NCBI RefSeq assembly: GCF_006345805.1
Contig: NC_043009.1
Coordinates: 3,410,001 to 3,474,000, forward strand
DNA length: 64,000 nt
Reading direction: 5' to 3'
DNA from: Octopus sinensis
Taxonomy: Eukaryota
Part shown: piece by piece, positions 14,030 through 28,029 of the stretch
How positions within the stretch are numbered: position 1 is the first letter of the stretch
How the letters are laid out: each line of letters starts with the position of its first letter
Notes under the pieces: model-generated
Seen by the model: only the letters and a program-made list of their open reading frames with translations
What the model was told of the DNA's origin: nothing
Databases searched by the model: none
Made by a program: the position numbers and the translations under genes

Positions 14030-14385
14030 CGTGAAACACTTCTTTTTTTCGAGCAGCTTCCGGTGTATTCGAGCGGTTTCTTTCTATTTTGTCTTTTATA
14101 TTCATATCTGTTTTCTGCAAGTGCTCCACCCTTGTTGCAGGTCTTATTTGTTCCACGTACTTCTCGAGATTTCTGCTCACTGTTCCCAGAGCTCCGATAA
14201 TTATTGGTACTACTGCTACCATTTTCATGGACCACAATTGCTTAACTTCTCAAGCTAACCTTTCATATCTCACAACTTTTCTTTCTTCCCTATCGCATTC
14301 CTTGTTTTAAGCTGGGTATGCTATATCTATGATCCAGCATACTTTGTTTTCTTTAAAAATTAAGACTATGTCCGGCTTCGTATAC
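14030..14385 (-). mobile_element. 5'-truncated RLE endonuclease fragment of an R4/Dong-like LINE
   Basis: Translates as KPDIVLIFKENKVCWIIDIAYPA ... VVPIIIGALGTVSRNL...EHLQKT (PD-(D/E)xK restriction-like endonuclease); begins directly after the (AAT)n tract. Confidence 0.85.
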
Positions 14386-14403
14386 TGATTATTATTATTA
14401 TTA

Positions 14404-14446
<43 letters not shown>

Positions 14447-14448
14447 GA

Positions 14449-14527
<79 letters not shown>

Positions 14528-14528
14528 G

Positions 14529-15075
14529 AGTGAGAGAGCAGAGCATGCCTTCAAAGTGACACTGGGCTAAAATATACGAAGCCAAGTATACCCATCATGT
14601 CAACCAGTCTGATAAGGATACAACAGGCACATGCATCACAACCATATGTGCGCGATATGGTGATCTCATATCAAGATAAACATCACATGACCTTGCAGGT
14701 GGGGCCCAGTTAGAATTTTCTTCTGGTTGAGTAGCCCATCCCGCTCAAAAGGTCCCTGAATAAGGATTGTTTAAGGATGTTGAACGAAACACCCATGTTT
14801 CCAAAGGTGAATTATCCAAACCTCCAAGAATTCCTTTCAACACACGGCTATGATGCTCCCGCACTACTTCTGCTCGTGATCAGAGATGCACATTCCGTCA
14901 GCCACTAAGGGGCATGGTCAACTGGTTATCGTCAAACAACTGACAAGCAAATCTGTGGTATTGAGCAGAATATTTGCTGTAGCCAATCTTTTATACCAAG
15001 GCAAATCAATGTACATGATAACACTTCCAATCATTTATAAGGTCAGAATCCACTGCTTGGTACTGCATCAGGGCG

Positions 15076-15080
<5 letters not shown>
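14529..15080 (-). mobile_element. about 550-bp non-autonomous retroposon with (AAT)n at both ends (family E)
   Basis: 3' end ...gtcactttgaaggcatgctctgctctctcactc(aat)n recurs at 15115-15212 and 29838-30265; no tRNA head seen. Confidence 0.75.
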
Positions 15081-15114
<34 letters not shown>

Positions 15115-15115
<1 letters not shown>

Positions 15116-15212
15116 GAGTGAGAGAGCAGTTCATGCCATCAAAGTGACACTGGGGTAAAATATACGAAGCCCAATATACCCATCATGACTACCCGTCTGA
15201 TAAAGGTACACC
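15115..15212 (-). mobile_element. family E retroposon, 3' fragment
   Basis: gagtgagagagcagttcatgccatcaaagtgacactgggg matches 14529 and 29838; sits between (TTA)n tracts. Confidence 0.8.
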
Positions 15213-15350
<138 letters not shown>

Positions 15351-16768
15351 CATCATCATCATCATCATCGTCCAGGTATTTATAGACATGTTTTTCTGCT
15401 CAATTTATGTCCATCATTGTATATATATTTCTCAGCGTTCATAATATTACTACCTGCTAAAACGGTGAGCTGCTATAATAGTTATCACGCTGGTAGCAAC
15501 ATTTCTTCCGACATTGCATCTTGTCCACAAATGTCACTGGGATCGACTCTACATTAAGCATAAACCATGTTAAGCATTGGGGGTCTATTTAGTCAAATTA
15601 GCCCCCACCCTACCCCAGCCCACTTCTATTTCTTGCCTCGCACAAAAGTTTTACATCTATAGTAGTATCAAATGGACATAAATGTTGCATATCTTACATT
15701 ATCTTTTTCGTTTGGCAAAGAAAACCTCATTTTTTTCCCAATGAAGTACAATATTTATGAGAAAGCTAGCAGTTTTACTTATTTACTTTCGTATAAATAT
15801 ACTTTCCACTTATCTCTTTTTATTGCAGATGTTCTTTGCTATTCCTTTAGTTTCGTCTGATCCTTTAGGATTTTATGAAAACAGAACTGTTTTAGATTCT
15901 CTTTTTCTTCATATATTTCCTCTCATTTCACTGCTTTGTTTCTCACGTATCCTGTATTTTTATTATACCTTCCCTGCCATTTACTTATGCTAACTTTGGA
16001 TTTCTGTTAAATATTAATAAGTTCTTCCTTTTTCGCTGTATATATTTCCATATTTCTCTTTGGAATATTTGCTCACTATTCCATTCTTTACGTAATATTC
16101 TCTTGCTGCGCTATCGTTCTTTACAAATGACATTAGCTGTTGCATATTATCTATGATTTACATAGATTATATCTATTACATAATTGCGAAGTATTTATTT
16201 TAGTTCTGTATTTACATTTTTAAACAATTTTTCTCCATTTTCATTTGTTACTTCTATTACGATATATGGCGTTCTTTAATCAATATTAGCACAGCATAGT
16301 CCTACAATTATATTATGGATTTCATTACACATAGTACGACAATTACATTAGATATTTCATGTTCGCTTTTTAGACGCTGATTGTCATGTTTTCTACAGGT
16401 TTTTGTCCTTTGTATTTATTTAGGTTTTATAATATTTATATATTTTTTGCGTTGCTGTTTCTTGTGAAATTCATTGCAGAAATACTGAGAGTTCATTTGG
16501 TATACTGTGAATTGCATTTATAGCTAAGGTACGCATTGCGTTAAATATAATTTTATTTGGAGAATTTCGTGTTTCTTGTTTCACAAATAGTTGTAATTTT
16601 GAGAGCTGTTTTGTGCGATAAAGTAACCGCATTCAACGATTTTCACTTTCAAGTATTCTATTGGTTACATCTTCTTGCTTACAATATACCATTTGTAATG
16701 AATTATACATTTGGCCTTTAATTATCTGTCACAACATTACAGTATTCATTCTATTTAAATAACAGTAG

Positions 16769-16845
16769 CGGAGGCGCTATGGCCCAGTCGTTAGGGCAGC
16801 GAACTCTCGGTCGTATGGTCGCGGTTTCGATTCCTAGACCGACAG
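16769..16845 (+). mobile_element. SINE head B only (tRNA-like)
   Basis: ggaggcgctatggcccagtcgttagggcagc...gtttcgattcctagacc, matching the 33364 head. Confidence 0.75.
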
Positions 16846-17035
16846 ATGCCCAAACGCAAACCTGGTACGACGTATAATACTACTACTGAATAGCACAGGG
16901 TAAATCTGAAAGTGGACGAGCTTTACATTATACACCATTACGGTATTAACAGAACATTCCATAACTATATATATTTCCTGAATTGAACCGGTCTCAGCAC
17001 ATGTGATGTGGCCACGCTGTGGCACCACCATTTGT

Positions 17036-17052
17036 ATATGTATGTATGTGTG

Positions 17053-17086
<34 letters not shown>

Positions 17087-17185
17087 TGTATGTATGTATG
17101 TATGTATGTATGTATGTATGTATGTATGTATGTATGTATGTATGTATGTATGTATGTATGTATGTATGTATGTATGTATATGTAT
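17036..17185. repeat. (TATG)n microsatellite
   Basis: More than 30 near-perfect TATG units. Confidence 0.98.
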
Positions 17186-17599
17186 ATATTATTATATATT
17201 ATTTTATGCCACTCTGCTGTGAATTGGGAATTGCTTTAAGTTCAATCTTGTCTATGGAATACACTGTTACTTCCACGTTAATGTAGCGAGTACAACCTGG
17301 AATTAATCGATAGAACAATAACTGTACATCGTTGAAACCGACAATGGATGAACTCCAGTTTTACAGACCCCCAACGTGCTTCTTTTAATTTTTTGAAATA
17401 AGCTATTTCAAGTTACTATAATAGGGCTGGCTACGTTATTTTATATGAAAACAAGACAGGGTGTTTTTTTTAACATCTGCAAAATATATTTTTCAATTAT
17501 ATTTATAAGTAATATTATAAACTACCACACATTTCCTATCACTATATTGCTTGCTTTGTTTGAGTTTCTCCAAAACATTTTTGGAGTTTACATTTCTGC

Positions 17600-17822
17600 A
17601 GTAAATACAGAACTTCGAAAAGTTAACCGTACAATTTGAAAAATTCAGAAAACATTAAATGTAAGCATAACTCAGCAGAGTTTATTGGTAAAGAATTAAA
17701 GATTTATAAGAAACATCAGAACACTTTCATGTGGGATCCAATGTGTGGGAAGTAACTTATTTAGACCATATAATAGAATTACAACAAATCGTGAAAGTTG
17801 TAATGATACTTTATGACACCCT
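17600..17822 (+). mobile_element. possible Tc1/mariner-type 3' end with TIR
   Basis: Ends in ...atactttatgacaccctg (reverse complement CAGGGTGTC, a common Tc1/mariner TIR start); no partner TIR found. Confidence 0.3.
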
Positions 17823-17839
17823 GGGTATTTCTTAAACCA

Positions 17840-18260
17840 GTTTGGCAGAAACGTTAGCACGCCGGGCGAAATGCTAAGCGGTATTTCGTCTGCCGCTACG
17901 TTCAAATTCCGCCGAGGTCGAATTTGCCTTTCATCCTTTCTGGGTCAATTAAATAAATACCCGTTAAGCACTAGCGTCGATATAATCGACTTAATCCGTC
18001 TGTCTGTCCTTGTTTGTCCCCTCTGTGTTTAGCCCCTTGTGGGTAGTAAAGAAATAGGTATTCCGTCTCTCTTTACGTTCTGAATTCAAATTCCGCGCAG
18101 GTAGACTTTACTTTTCATCCTTTCGGGTTCGATAAATTAAGCACCAGTTGCGTACTGGATTCTGTCTAATCGACTGGCCCATTTCCCCATAATTTTGAGC
18201 CCTGTGCCTTTACTAGAAAGGTCTGCCCCTTTCCACACTGGCCCCTTCCCCACAAACTTT
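17840..18260 (+). mobile_element. SINE family D, two nested or adjacent copies
   Basis: ggcagaa.cgttagcacgccgggcgaaatgct.agcggtatttcg...ttcaaattccgccgaggtcga.tttgcctttcatcctttc also occurs at about 13912, 27108, 29728, 33596, 34080 and 49630-50270. Confidence 0.8.
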
Positions 18261-18399
18261 GGGAGTTGTACCTTTAGTAGAAAGCATAATAATCTTGGCT
18301 TCAAATTTTGGCATAAGGCATGCAAGATCATGGGAGGGGATATATGCCGATTACATCGACCAAGGGAAAGGCAAAGGCCGATACAGCTTGGAAAATGTG

Positions 18400-18545
18400 A
18401 CGTCGCAGCTCACTTCTACAGCTGAGTGAACTGGAGCAACGTGAAATAAATTATCTTGCTCAAGAACACAACAGGTAGCCCGGTCCGGGATTCGAACTCA
18501 CAACCTCACGATCGTAAGCTCAACGCTCTAAACACTGAGCCTTCG
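18400..18545 (-). mobile_element. SINE family C head/core fragment
   Basis: cagctgagtgaactggagcaacgtgaaataa...gattcgaactcacaacc.cacgatcg as in 31570-31690. Confidence 0.75.
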
Positions 18546-19019
18546 CATAACACATAACACATAACAGTTATAAGATATCAGTTAAATTTTTTGCGATTAA
18601 GACATTCGCTTCGCAACCACAAACAAAGGGATTCGGTCTAAAGGCTTGAATTCTTGCCCAGGCTTCTAAAACTGTAGCTTTGGAATAACTACTACAATAT
18701 CCCAGTGTTCACACCGGTCATTTAAAAAGTATACAAATCATTTCGTTTGTCTCAGTCTGTGTTCTCTAAACTAGTTTGGGCGACACTTAAAGCGTGATAA
18801 TCAACAATATCGTTGTCAGTACCATTTCTAAAGCTAAGTGTTAAATCAAAGTTATCTATTTATCGCGTCATTAAGTTACGGGATATACACACATACATCG
18901 AATTAATAATAGACAGAATGATACAAATGCACTTACATATACACATATATACAGAGACGCATACATGTATAGTGCTTCGTACGTTTATGTACACAAAAAT
19001 ATTTATGTATGTTTTCATC

Positions 19020-19076
<57 letters not shown>

Positions 19077-19210
19077 TAATAGTAATAATAAAAATGTTAA
19101 TAATAATAATAATAATATTAATAATAATATTAATAATAATAATAATAAATAATAATATATAATAATAATAATAATAATAATAGTAATAGTAATAATAATA
19201 ACGATAATGA

Positions 19211-19242
<32 letters not shown>

Positions 19243-19260
19243 ATAATAATAATAATAATA

Positions 19261-19308
<48 letters not shown>

Positions 19309-19310
19309 TA
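19020..19310. repeat. compound (AAT)n/(ACT)n microsatellite
   Basis: Direct reading. Confidence 0.97.
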
Positions 19311-21317
19311 ACAAGCACAGTAGATAAGAAAGCGGGCTTTTGTGTATGTTGGCGGAATGTACAGTAGATTATACTTGCACGTTCGTATCTGTCTTAAATT
19401 TGCCGATAACAGCAAATTCGTTTTCGTCGGCGTCTTAATATATGGTTAAGCGATATGCCGAAATTGCATAATTATAAACTTATATATTGCCTAACATTGA
19501 TTCTATTACTGAGCGAATGTTACAGTTATCGCTAATAATAATGTGTATTAGTCCCTAGTTACTAATACAAAATCTCAATCAATCTTTGATATGTACTGTA
19601 TTTATTAAAACACCAGATTCAATGTAACTCGAAATGATAAACCGCTGGAATATTAACTGTGGAAATGAAGACAAAACAAAATAAAACAAAACGAAGAGAA
19701 AAGCAAACAACATATACCCCAACAATAATATAATTTAATGAATGCAATTGAGGAAAATAAGGCGGAAACCGACTGGCTGAAATAAATGATGCTTCGCTAT
19801 TAAACACTTTTCATTTTACGGTAGCTCTTATTTTCTTTTATTATACAAGGTTATTATTGATTTGCACATTCGTATACAAAGCTACGAGTTGGAATCTGGT
19901 GTATTATTAGGTGAATGTCTACGAACAAACAAACGGGAATTCTGAATGGTCGCTCAACCTGCTAAGTAGAGCAACTAGATTTCCCTCATATCTGGTTTTA
20001 AAGAATGCCTTTCCATTACGTGATCGCAAACACACTACATTCTTAGAAAGTAGCTCCAAGTGCTGGGTTTTAAAAGCTTGAACTCATAGGTCATCGAGAA
20101 CAACAGGAAGTATACTTATGAACTTATGGGTTGTCCCTTAAAGTGGGAACGTATCGTCTTGCAATATATAGCAACCATATATTCTGAAAATCAAGTCATA
20201 CAGACACATTTTATGGCATAACCAAGTAACGAATGGTAGCAACTATGATCCCCCCTTTCTGGGACTCTGAAACGGAAGAGTGGAAAATAGGAAAGTTTAT
20301 TGTAACAACAGTAAAGCACATAAGAAGCAGATAGTTTGTTAAAATAACGGACAATTTAAGTTTGAACAATTTTTCTTGTTCCATAAACAACCTTGCCCGG
20401 ACTTGTGCTTCGGAGGGTAACTTTCTAAGTGCAATCGCAGGGTCAGTCATGACCGAAGGGGGTCTCAGTATGTGTTATTTCAAATTACTTACGCTCCAGG
20501 CCACCAGTTTTAATTCTGTAAACTTCTATGCAATCTGCAATCAAAAGTACATATATATTTAATTCACTTTTCTATGTAAATTCTCTTGATTTAATTTTGA
20601 ACAAGGGAATGTCACGTAGCAGTGTTTTTCTTGGTCCCAGATGAAATTGATCTAGAGCACAGGTCTATTCAATTAGCTTTGCTAAACGGATAATATTCAT
20701 TCATTAAGTTGGTTTAAAATGAAAGAAAGACGGGCTTGCTATTTGGAATTAGTACGTTCTGGACTTCTGGACTTCTGGATTTCTGCGGTCACAGTGTTCA
20801 GATTTTAGCTCTTGCAGGCAATGGGATTTCCACGGGCGAAAATTCAATTCTTTATGCAACACCGTACGTATAGTGTGTCTTTTTACTCCCTTTCATGAGC
20901 TGCTTGAGATGTTGAATTTTGTGGGCTGTGATTAAACATTTCCTGCATTGTTGCCCCGTTCTCCGCTGATCGGGATGTGGTTGAACGGCCATCTCTTCTT
21001 GCATCGCCCACAAAGCCCGTGGTCATCAGGTTTGCATGACAACTTTTTATTGTCTCCGGACGTAGAGTTGCATGCTTACCTTTCCATGCACACCAAAGTC
21101 ATTGAACCAAAACAAAGGAATTCCACTCTTCATAGTGTTCTGCTATCTTAGCTCGCTCCTGAACAAACAAGCACCGTCCATTTGGAAATTAAGACATAAG
21201 AAATGGAAAAATACAACATAGAAAAATCGTCATTAGGGTTGCCTGTTTAAAAAATGTTTTTATCGTGACACAAACAATTCTATAAGCAATTTCTGTATAT
21301 GTATATATGTATATTAT

Positions 21318-21535
21318 TTTATTTGTTTCAGTCATTTGACTGCGGCTAAGCTGGAACACCGCTTTTAGTAGAACGAATCGACCCCAGGACCTATTCTTCG
21401 TAAGCATAGTACTTATTTTATCGGACTCTTCAGCCGAACAGCGAAGTTACGGGGACGTAAACAAACTAAAATTGGTTGTCAAGCGATGGGGGCAGGGCAC
21501 AAATACAGACACCCAAACGCACACACATATGCAAA
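21318..21535 (-). mobile_element. SINE family A, 3' half
   Basis: tttgtttcagtcatttgactgcggc...gttacggggacgtaaac...gttgtcaagcgatg. Confidence 0.8.
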
Positions 21536-21623
21536 ACCCCAAAACTGAAAAAGAATGTAACGGACGACAATGAAAATATATGGACAGATAGACATTACAA
21601 AAACAGACAGGAAAACCAGAACG

Positions 21624-21657
<34 letters not shown>

Positions 21658-21694
21658 GTATATCTATCTATCTATCTATATATATATATATATA

Positions 21695-22216
<522 letters not shown>

Positions 22217-22254
22217 AATGTATGTATGTATACACACATACATACACTTAAATT

Positions 22255-22517
22255 GGGTACAACTGTTCCGTTGTTGCCTTTATTTAATTCATAAAGCAAA
22301 ATATGCCGTATATGCTCCTTTTTCACTTCCATTATAACTTTGAAAAAATAACTCATAAAATGGAATTGCACTCTTCAAAACTTGCACTAAGAATAAGTAC
22401 TTGGTAAAATTAAGACCTGCTTTCAAAGCAAGTTGATGCAGGTAGTTAGTGGTCTCCTCCTATTTTTAGTTCATGCAATTGAAAAAACCGCATTATTTAT
22501 GGGATGTCCCAATATAC
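22255..22517 (-). mobile_element. mariner 5' fragment (second family)
   Basis: TIR-like atattgggacatcccataaataatgcgg followed by [21 protein letters not shown], a mariner transposase N-terminus; cut by the (TA)n tract at 21947-22250. Confidence 0.8.
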
Positions 22518-23008
22518 TGAAGGTAAAGAAAATAGGGATATTTTTCCAAATGATGTGGTCCTTTTTCTTTATAGAGAGGGGTTTTTCGACTAGTGGTATG
22601 CGGCTATTTATATATAAAGATTCTTTGCAGACATTTATTCAGAATTTGTTGCAGTAAATCAATTCTATTAAATAAAACAGAACCAAACAACATTAATTGT
22701 CTCGAGGGGAATAAGATTCGATAAAGCCTGTATAATTTATATGTATACTCATCGACAAAAACTAATGTACTAGTAAAAAAAAAATTAATATATCGAGACA
22801 AAAAGAGTTGTAATCTGAAGTCACTTTGTCTTACAACGATTATAAATACTTAAATTTAAACTGAAGTTAGATACAGAAATAGCATTTCACTTAAAAAAGA
22901 AGTTGTCTTCACAAAAATACAAACAAAAATATATACCTGCGCATAAACGCAACACGTGTACAAAAGGAGCGCATATGCTTCCATACAAACATATTGCGCA
23001 CGTAAATA

Positions 23009-23149
23009 TTAGGTTGTCCCAAAAGTTCGTAAACACTTGCGAAAATTGAATTTTTACTCGCCAAGTACTAACAAAAACAACAAAAATTATTCCTCAAAAT
23101 AAAGACCATTATTTTCCAAGACTTTCTACGAACTTTTGGGACAACCTTA
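23009..23149. mobile_element. 141-bp mariner-type MITE
   Basis: 21-bp perfect TIR AGGTTGTCCCAAAAGTTCGTA (23011-23031 / 23127-23147), flanked by TA. Confidence 0.85.
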
Positions 23150-23309
23150 TAGGTCGATATGTGGACGTATGAATATTATGAGAACGAATTTTAAATTACA
23201 AACTTGAAAGTGCTTAAGAATACGAAGTTACACGTCTAACGTTTCATTAGAGTAGGATTTCATACTTTTCAGAAGAAATACATACATGCATATACATCAT
23301 ACATAGATG

Positions 23310-23340
<31 letters not shown>

Positions 23341-23399
23341 ATAATAATAATAATATAATAATAATAATAATAATAATAATATAATATAATAATAATAAC

Positions 23400-23441
<42 letters not shown>

Positions 23442-23659
23442 GATTTTTACGAAGTGGCATAGCATTACCTTGAATTCTTTATATATATATATACACCTTT
23501 ACATAGGCCTTTAGCCACAAGAGAACTATCTTAAAGGAGACAAGATCCGTTTGGTGACAAGATCCGTTCGGAGATATCTGCCGTACCACTTTGAGCCCCT
23601 GTCATTTTACTGTTGTCCATGAATTTGCCTTAGATTGTTAAATTACTTAGCCACCCATA

Positions 23660-23758
<99 letters not shown>

Positions 23759-24185
23759 AGTAAATAAAAGGCACAACGAAGTACCGATATTTATTTACTT
23801 TTATGTATAATTTTACCCTCACGGGCTATCCTTTACTGGAAAGCAATACTCTCGTATTGCATTACTATTTTCATATATACCCCACTATCTGATGTCGCTT
23901 GGTCAGAAGTGAGGGCTTGTGGTATTTGCTAAATCTATCGAATATGGTGTTGATAAAGGAAATCAAGCTATTTTCGTGCTTGTGATCTAGAAACATGTTC
24001 ATCATTAACGGTAAGAGATTGGTTTCGTTTATTTGCTACTCCGTTTTTGCGTATGTGAATCGCAGGGTTCGTCGTATTTGGAAAATCCACTTATAGAAAA
24101 TGGAAAAAACAGTCTTTGACTGCCATTTCTAATTCCTCCGGTATGCGGCGAGGCAGCCTGCTGCCCGTCCTTTAATTATTTTCAC

Positions 24186-24222
<37 letters not shown>

Positions 24223-24879
24223 GTATATATATACATATATATATGGATATATATATGACGTAATGTATCAGTCGAGCAATCTATCACTGTGTATGTATAC
24301 CTATACGTGTGGGGGGGGGGCTGCGTGCCTGTGTGTGTAATTATATAAGCTTACCTGCCTGCTCGCACGCATACGCCTTCCTATGTCTGTTTTGCAGAAC
24401 ACTTCATATAGTGAAGGAGCTTTGTTTCCAAGTAAGAATGTCGTTAGAATTTGGATAACATCAACTTTAGTTACCGAATATTGAACTATATACTTGCGCG
24501 CTTTTACTGTTCTTTGTATAGATTTTATCGGTAAACTGTATGTGGGTGGTCTCTTTCTTATTTCACAAATTTTAGATTTTTTCCAAATCGCCATTTATTT
24601 ACATATCCATACATTTACCAACATAACGAAGAGCACCAATATTATTGGCATAAATGTGAATCTATAATCAGAGATGAGAGGCAGCACTTTTTAAAGCAAT
24701 TTTAGATAAATATTCTCTTCGCTAAAAAAAGTATATCTGAAGTGCAGGTAACCTCTGCGACTGTTTCATTTCTCTTGTACATGAGGCTGGTTATGTGAAA
24801 TGTTGCTGAATATGAGTATGCACTCTTTCCTTGTTAATGATTATGTTTTTTCATCTGAAGAAGGAACTGGTTTCAAACA

Positions 24880-25910
24880 CAGATACAAAGCCCCATCGTT
24901 GGAATGAACGTACAAACGCGTGTCACATTCTATACTTGAGGAAAGTGTTGCATATTTTTACCCTTCCACTTGCAGGTTGTACTTGTAGTGTGCGAGTTAA
25001 TTGGTCATCCTAACTTATCCGGATTACAACTTGGGCATTTCCTCACAAAATAAAGTGCTCCAATCATTATTCGTATAATTATGCATGAATATTCCGGATC
25101 TAGATGCTGGAGTTTTCCAAGCACTCGTTTATAGTTATCAATTATCTCTTTTATTTTCATGTAGATATTCACGTCAACATGACAGCTGACCTCTATGACG
25201 CTACATATTTTTCTTGTCTGTCCCAAACAACAATATTCAGACTATGATTACACTCGACGGATGTTTGGATGGAAATGTTCCACCATTATTGCTTGTATTG
25301 TTCCTGCATGAATTCCATGACAAGGGTATTCTCTATATTTCTTGCAGGACAGCATTTTTGGATGTATTCAATGACAAGGGTATTCTCTACATCTATTCAA
25401 GGACAGCCTTTTTCCAGAATAGCATTTGTATATTTTCTTTAACAACAACGTCGTATCACATCGGGTGGTATTAGCTTGATGACATTTTTAGGCAGCTGCT
25501 AATCATATTTGCAATGTATTCCACTGTAATATGATATAATTTACCTTTTCCTTTTGCATCTTGGAGCTCCAAGGGTGAACTATCTCTTTTGTTGATTAGG
25601 TATTTCATAGCAATTTCCTATTCTTGTATTGAAAATGCACAGCCTTTTAGATGTGGTTGCAATGTAACGGTTATGCTTCGTGTTAATATTAATGTCTTCT
25701 ATAAGTCTTCGCGAAACATACCCAAGCATGGTCCTTTTTTGGTATGCTCAGTGTTTCACGTCCAGGACTTCTGAGAGGTATGTAATTCCGGCTGCTTTGG
25801 GGTTGTGTGTGAGACTATCAGCAAGGACTGCCCCCCGAGTAGTTCGCTGCCAACAGGATATGGTTTTCTTCACATTATAGCACTAAGGTAGTGCATTTAA
25901 TTATGATGCG
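24880..25910 (-). mobile_element. degraded 3' half of an R4/Dong-like RLE LINE (CCHC plus endonuclease)
   Basis: Across frameshifts: AFSIQE.EIAMKYL, a decayed CCHC knuckle (..EYIANMISSC.KMS...YDVV), NIVVWDRQEK/ICSVIEVSC.VDVNI, IIIRIMIGAL and terminal GRVKICNTFLK. Confidence 0.8.
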
Positions 25911-26914
25911 GTTGTTGAGCAAGTGATGCCTTTGACAGACTATACGACATTATGTATGTATGTATATGTATATATATGTATGTATATATGTATGCATGTA
26001 TGTATGGTTGTATTTGGAGTGTGTGTATGCGTGAATTCTCCTCAAATACTTGTGTTTCAGGATTATTTCAATCCTGTTCTCGCGATAATTATTGGAATCC
26101 TGCTCCTTCCCCATTTCTACTTTCTCTTCCTCGTCCTCATCATCTTCAATCAATATCTTCGGCTTCATCGTATTCAACATTAACACAAACCAAAGTAGTT
26201 TCCTTTAGAATTGTTTTGCCTCATCTTATTTTTGTAGTAAATAATAAAAATCTCTGTAAATCATGACACTTGTATCTGATATTAACAACTTTCACTGTTG
26301 TTGACCATTGATTATATGATAAATTTTTCAATGTAAAATACTTAATTAAATCAACATTGTCTCCGCTTCTGCATTAAAGACAAAATATGCGTTCCTGTAT
26401 TAAATTTATACTTATCATATAAGCTTGTATTTGCGTCAATTCTTTCGATTAATAGTTGCAGCTGTGTATAAATTTTGTTCCAAGGCATCTTGCGGGCGTC
26501 ATTCGTATAGTATTTCTGCATCATGTCCAACGATTCTAATATAATTGGTATACCTATATCTGATATTTGACTTATTTATATTTCAACTCCTTCATCTTAA
26601 ACATATTCTCTCTTCTCTTCCTATCCATAATTTTGGCAGAACAAATCCATATATCTATAAAAGTGTAGAAGGTTTCATAATTTTTTCCTTTTTATTTTAT
26701 TATCTATTTCGTTCGCAACAATTTCACTGTCATTCAAAACAGTTATGCCCAGTAGTCATATAGCTGTAACAATTTCCCTTCCTTCAAAACCTGCTTCTCA
26801 TATATCTTTAACTATCTTTTTTTATAGATTTAGAAGTGTTGACATATCAATAATTGGATATTGCCACACATGATACCGAGCCAGCTCATGGACTTAATAT
26901 GTATGTATATATAT

Positions 26915-27003
<89 letters not shown>

Positions 27004-27107
27004 GAGGGCAAATTGTTGCAGTATTCTTGTTTTAACAATATAGTTAGCACTCAGAAAAAAAAAAAATTTTTATATTATTAATAAATTATCAAATTTCATA
27101 AAGCGGT

Positions 27108-27305
27108 GGGCTGGCAAAACAGTTACCTCAGCAGGGCAAAATGCTGAACAGTATTTCGGCTGTCTTTACGTTCAAAGTTTACATTCCACCGAGGTTGACT
27201 TTGGCTTTCATCCTATCGGAGTCGATAAAATAAGTAACAGTTAAGTACAGAGGTCGATTTAATGGGCTTACCCTCTCCCTGAAAGGACTTATGCCAAAAT
27301 ATAAT
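27108..27305 (+). mobile_element. SINE family D, diverged
   Basis: gggctggcaaaacagtt...ccaccgaggttgactttggctttcatcctatcggagtcgataaaataagt. Confidence 0.7.
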
Positions 27306-27394
27306 GCTAATAAAGCATAAAAATTCTTATTATTGATCATGTGTACTGAATGTAGTTAATTAGGAAAGTAATTTCTCTGCATATTTTACTCTTT

Positions 27395-27616
27395 TACTCT
27401 TTTACTTGTTTCAGTCCTATGACTGTGGCCATGATGGATATCCGCCTTTAGTCGAGCAAATCGACCCCAAGATTTATTCTTTGTAAGCCTAGTACTTATT
27501 CTATCGGACTCTCTTGCCGAACCGCTAAGTTACGGGAACGTAAACACACCAGCATCTGTTGTCAAGCGATGCTGGGGGAGGGGCAAACACAGACACAGAA
27601 CCATACACACACACAT

Positions 27617-27679
<63 letters not shown>

Positions 27680-27843
27680 CGACGGGCTTCTTTCAGTTTC
27701 CGTCTACCAAGCCCTCTCACAAGGTTTTGGTCGGTCCGAGGCTATAGTAGAAGACACTTGCCCGAGGTGCCACGCAGTGGGACTGAAGCCGGAACCATGT
27801 GGTTGGTAAGCAAGCTACTTATCACACAGCCACCCCTACGCCT
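27395..27843 (-). mobile_element. SINE family A, full length
   Basis: Complete match to the 95-484 copy including the central (CA)(TA)n tract. Confidence 0.9.
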
Positions 27844-28029
27844 GTATACCTGTATATTCACACAGAAAAATATATGAATGTATAAGGCGTGTATTTATTA
27901 CACACACACACTCACACACACATACATATATAGTGTGTGTGTGTGCGTGAGAGAGAGAGAGAGAGAATTTTCTTTCATGGTTATTTTCTAATTAATACCG
28001 TCGTTTCCCTTATAGATATACTTTATTTC

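Noticed and set aside
16769-16845. tRNA-like sequences with A and B boxes (also at 21946, 31697, 33364 and 37375)
   Set aside because: They continue into SINE bodies and lack a complete cloverleaf, so they are SINE heads rather than tRNA genes.
25305-25410. 54-bp tandem duplication
   Set aside because: Lies inside the decayed RLE LINE; ordinary local duplication.
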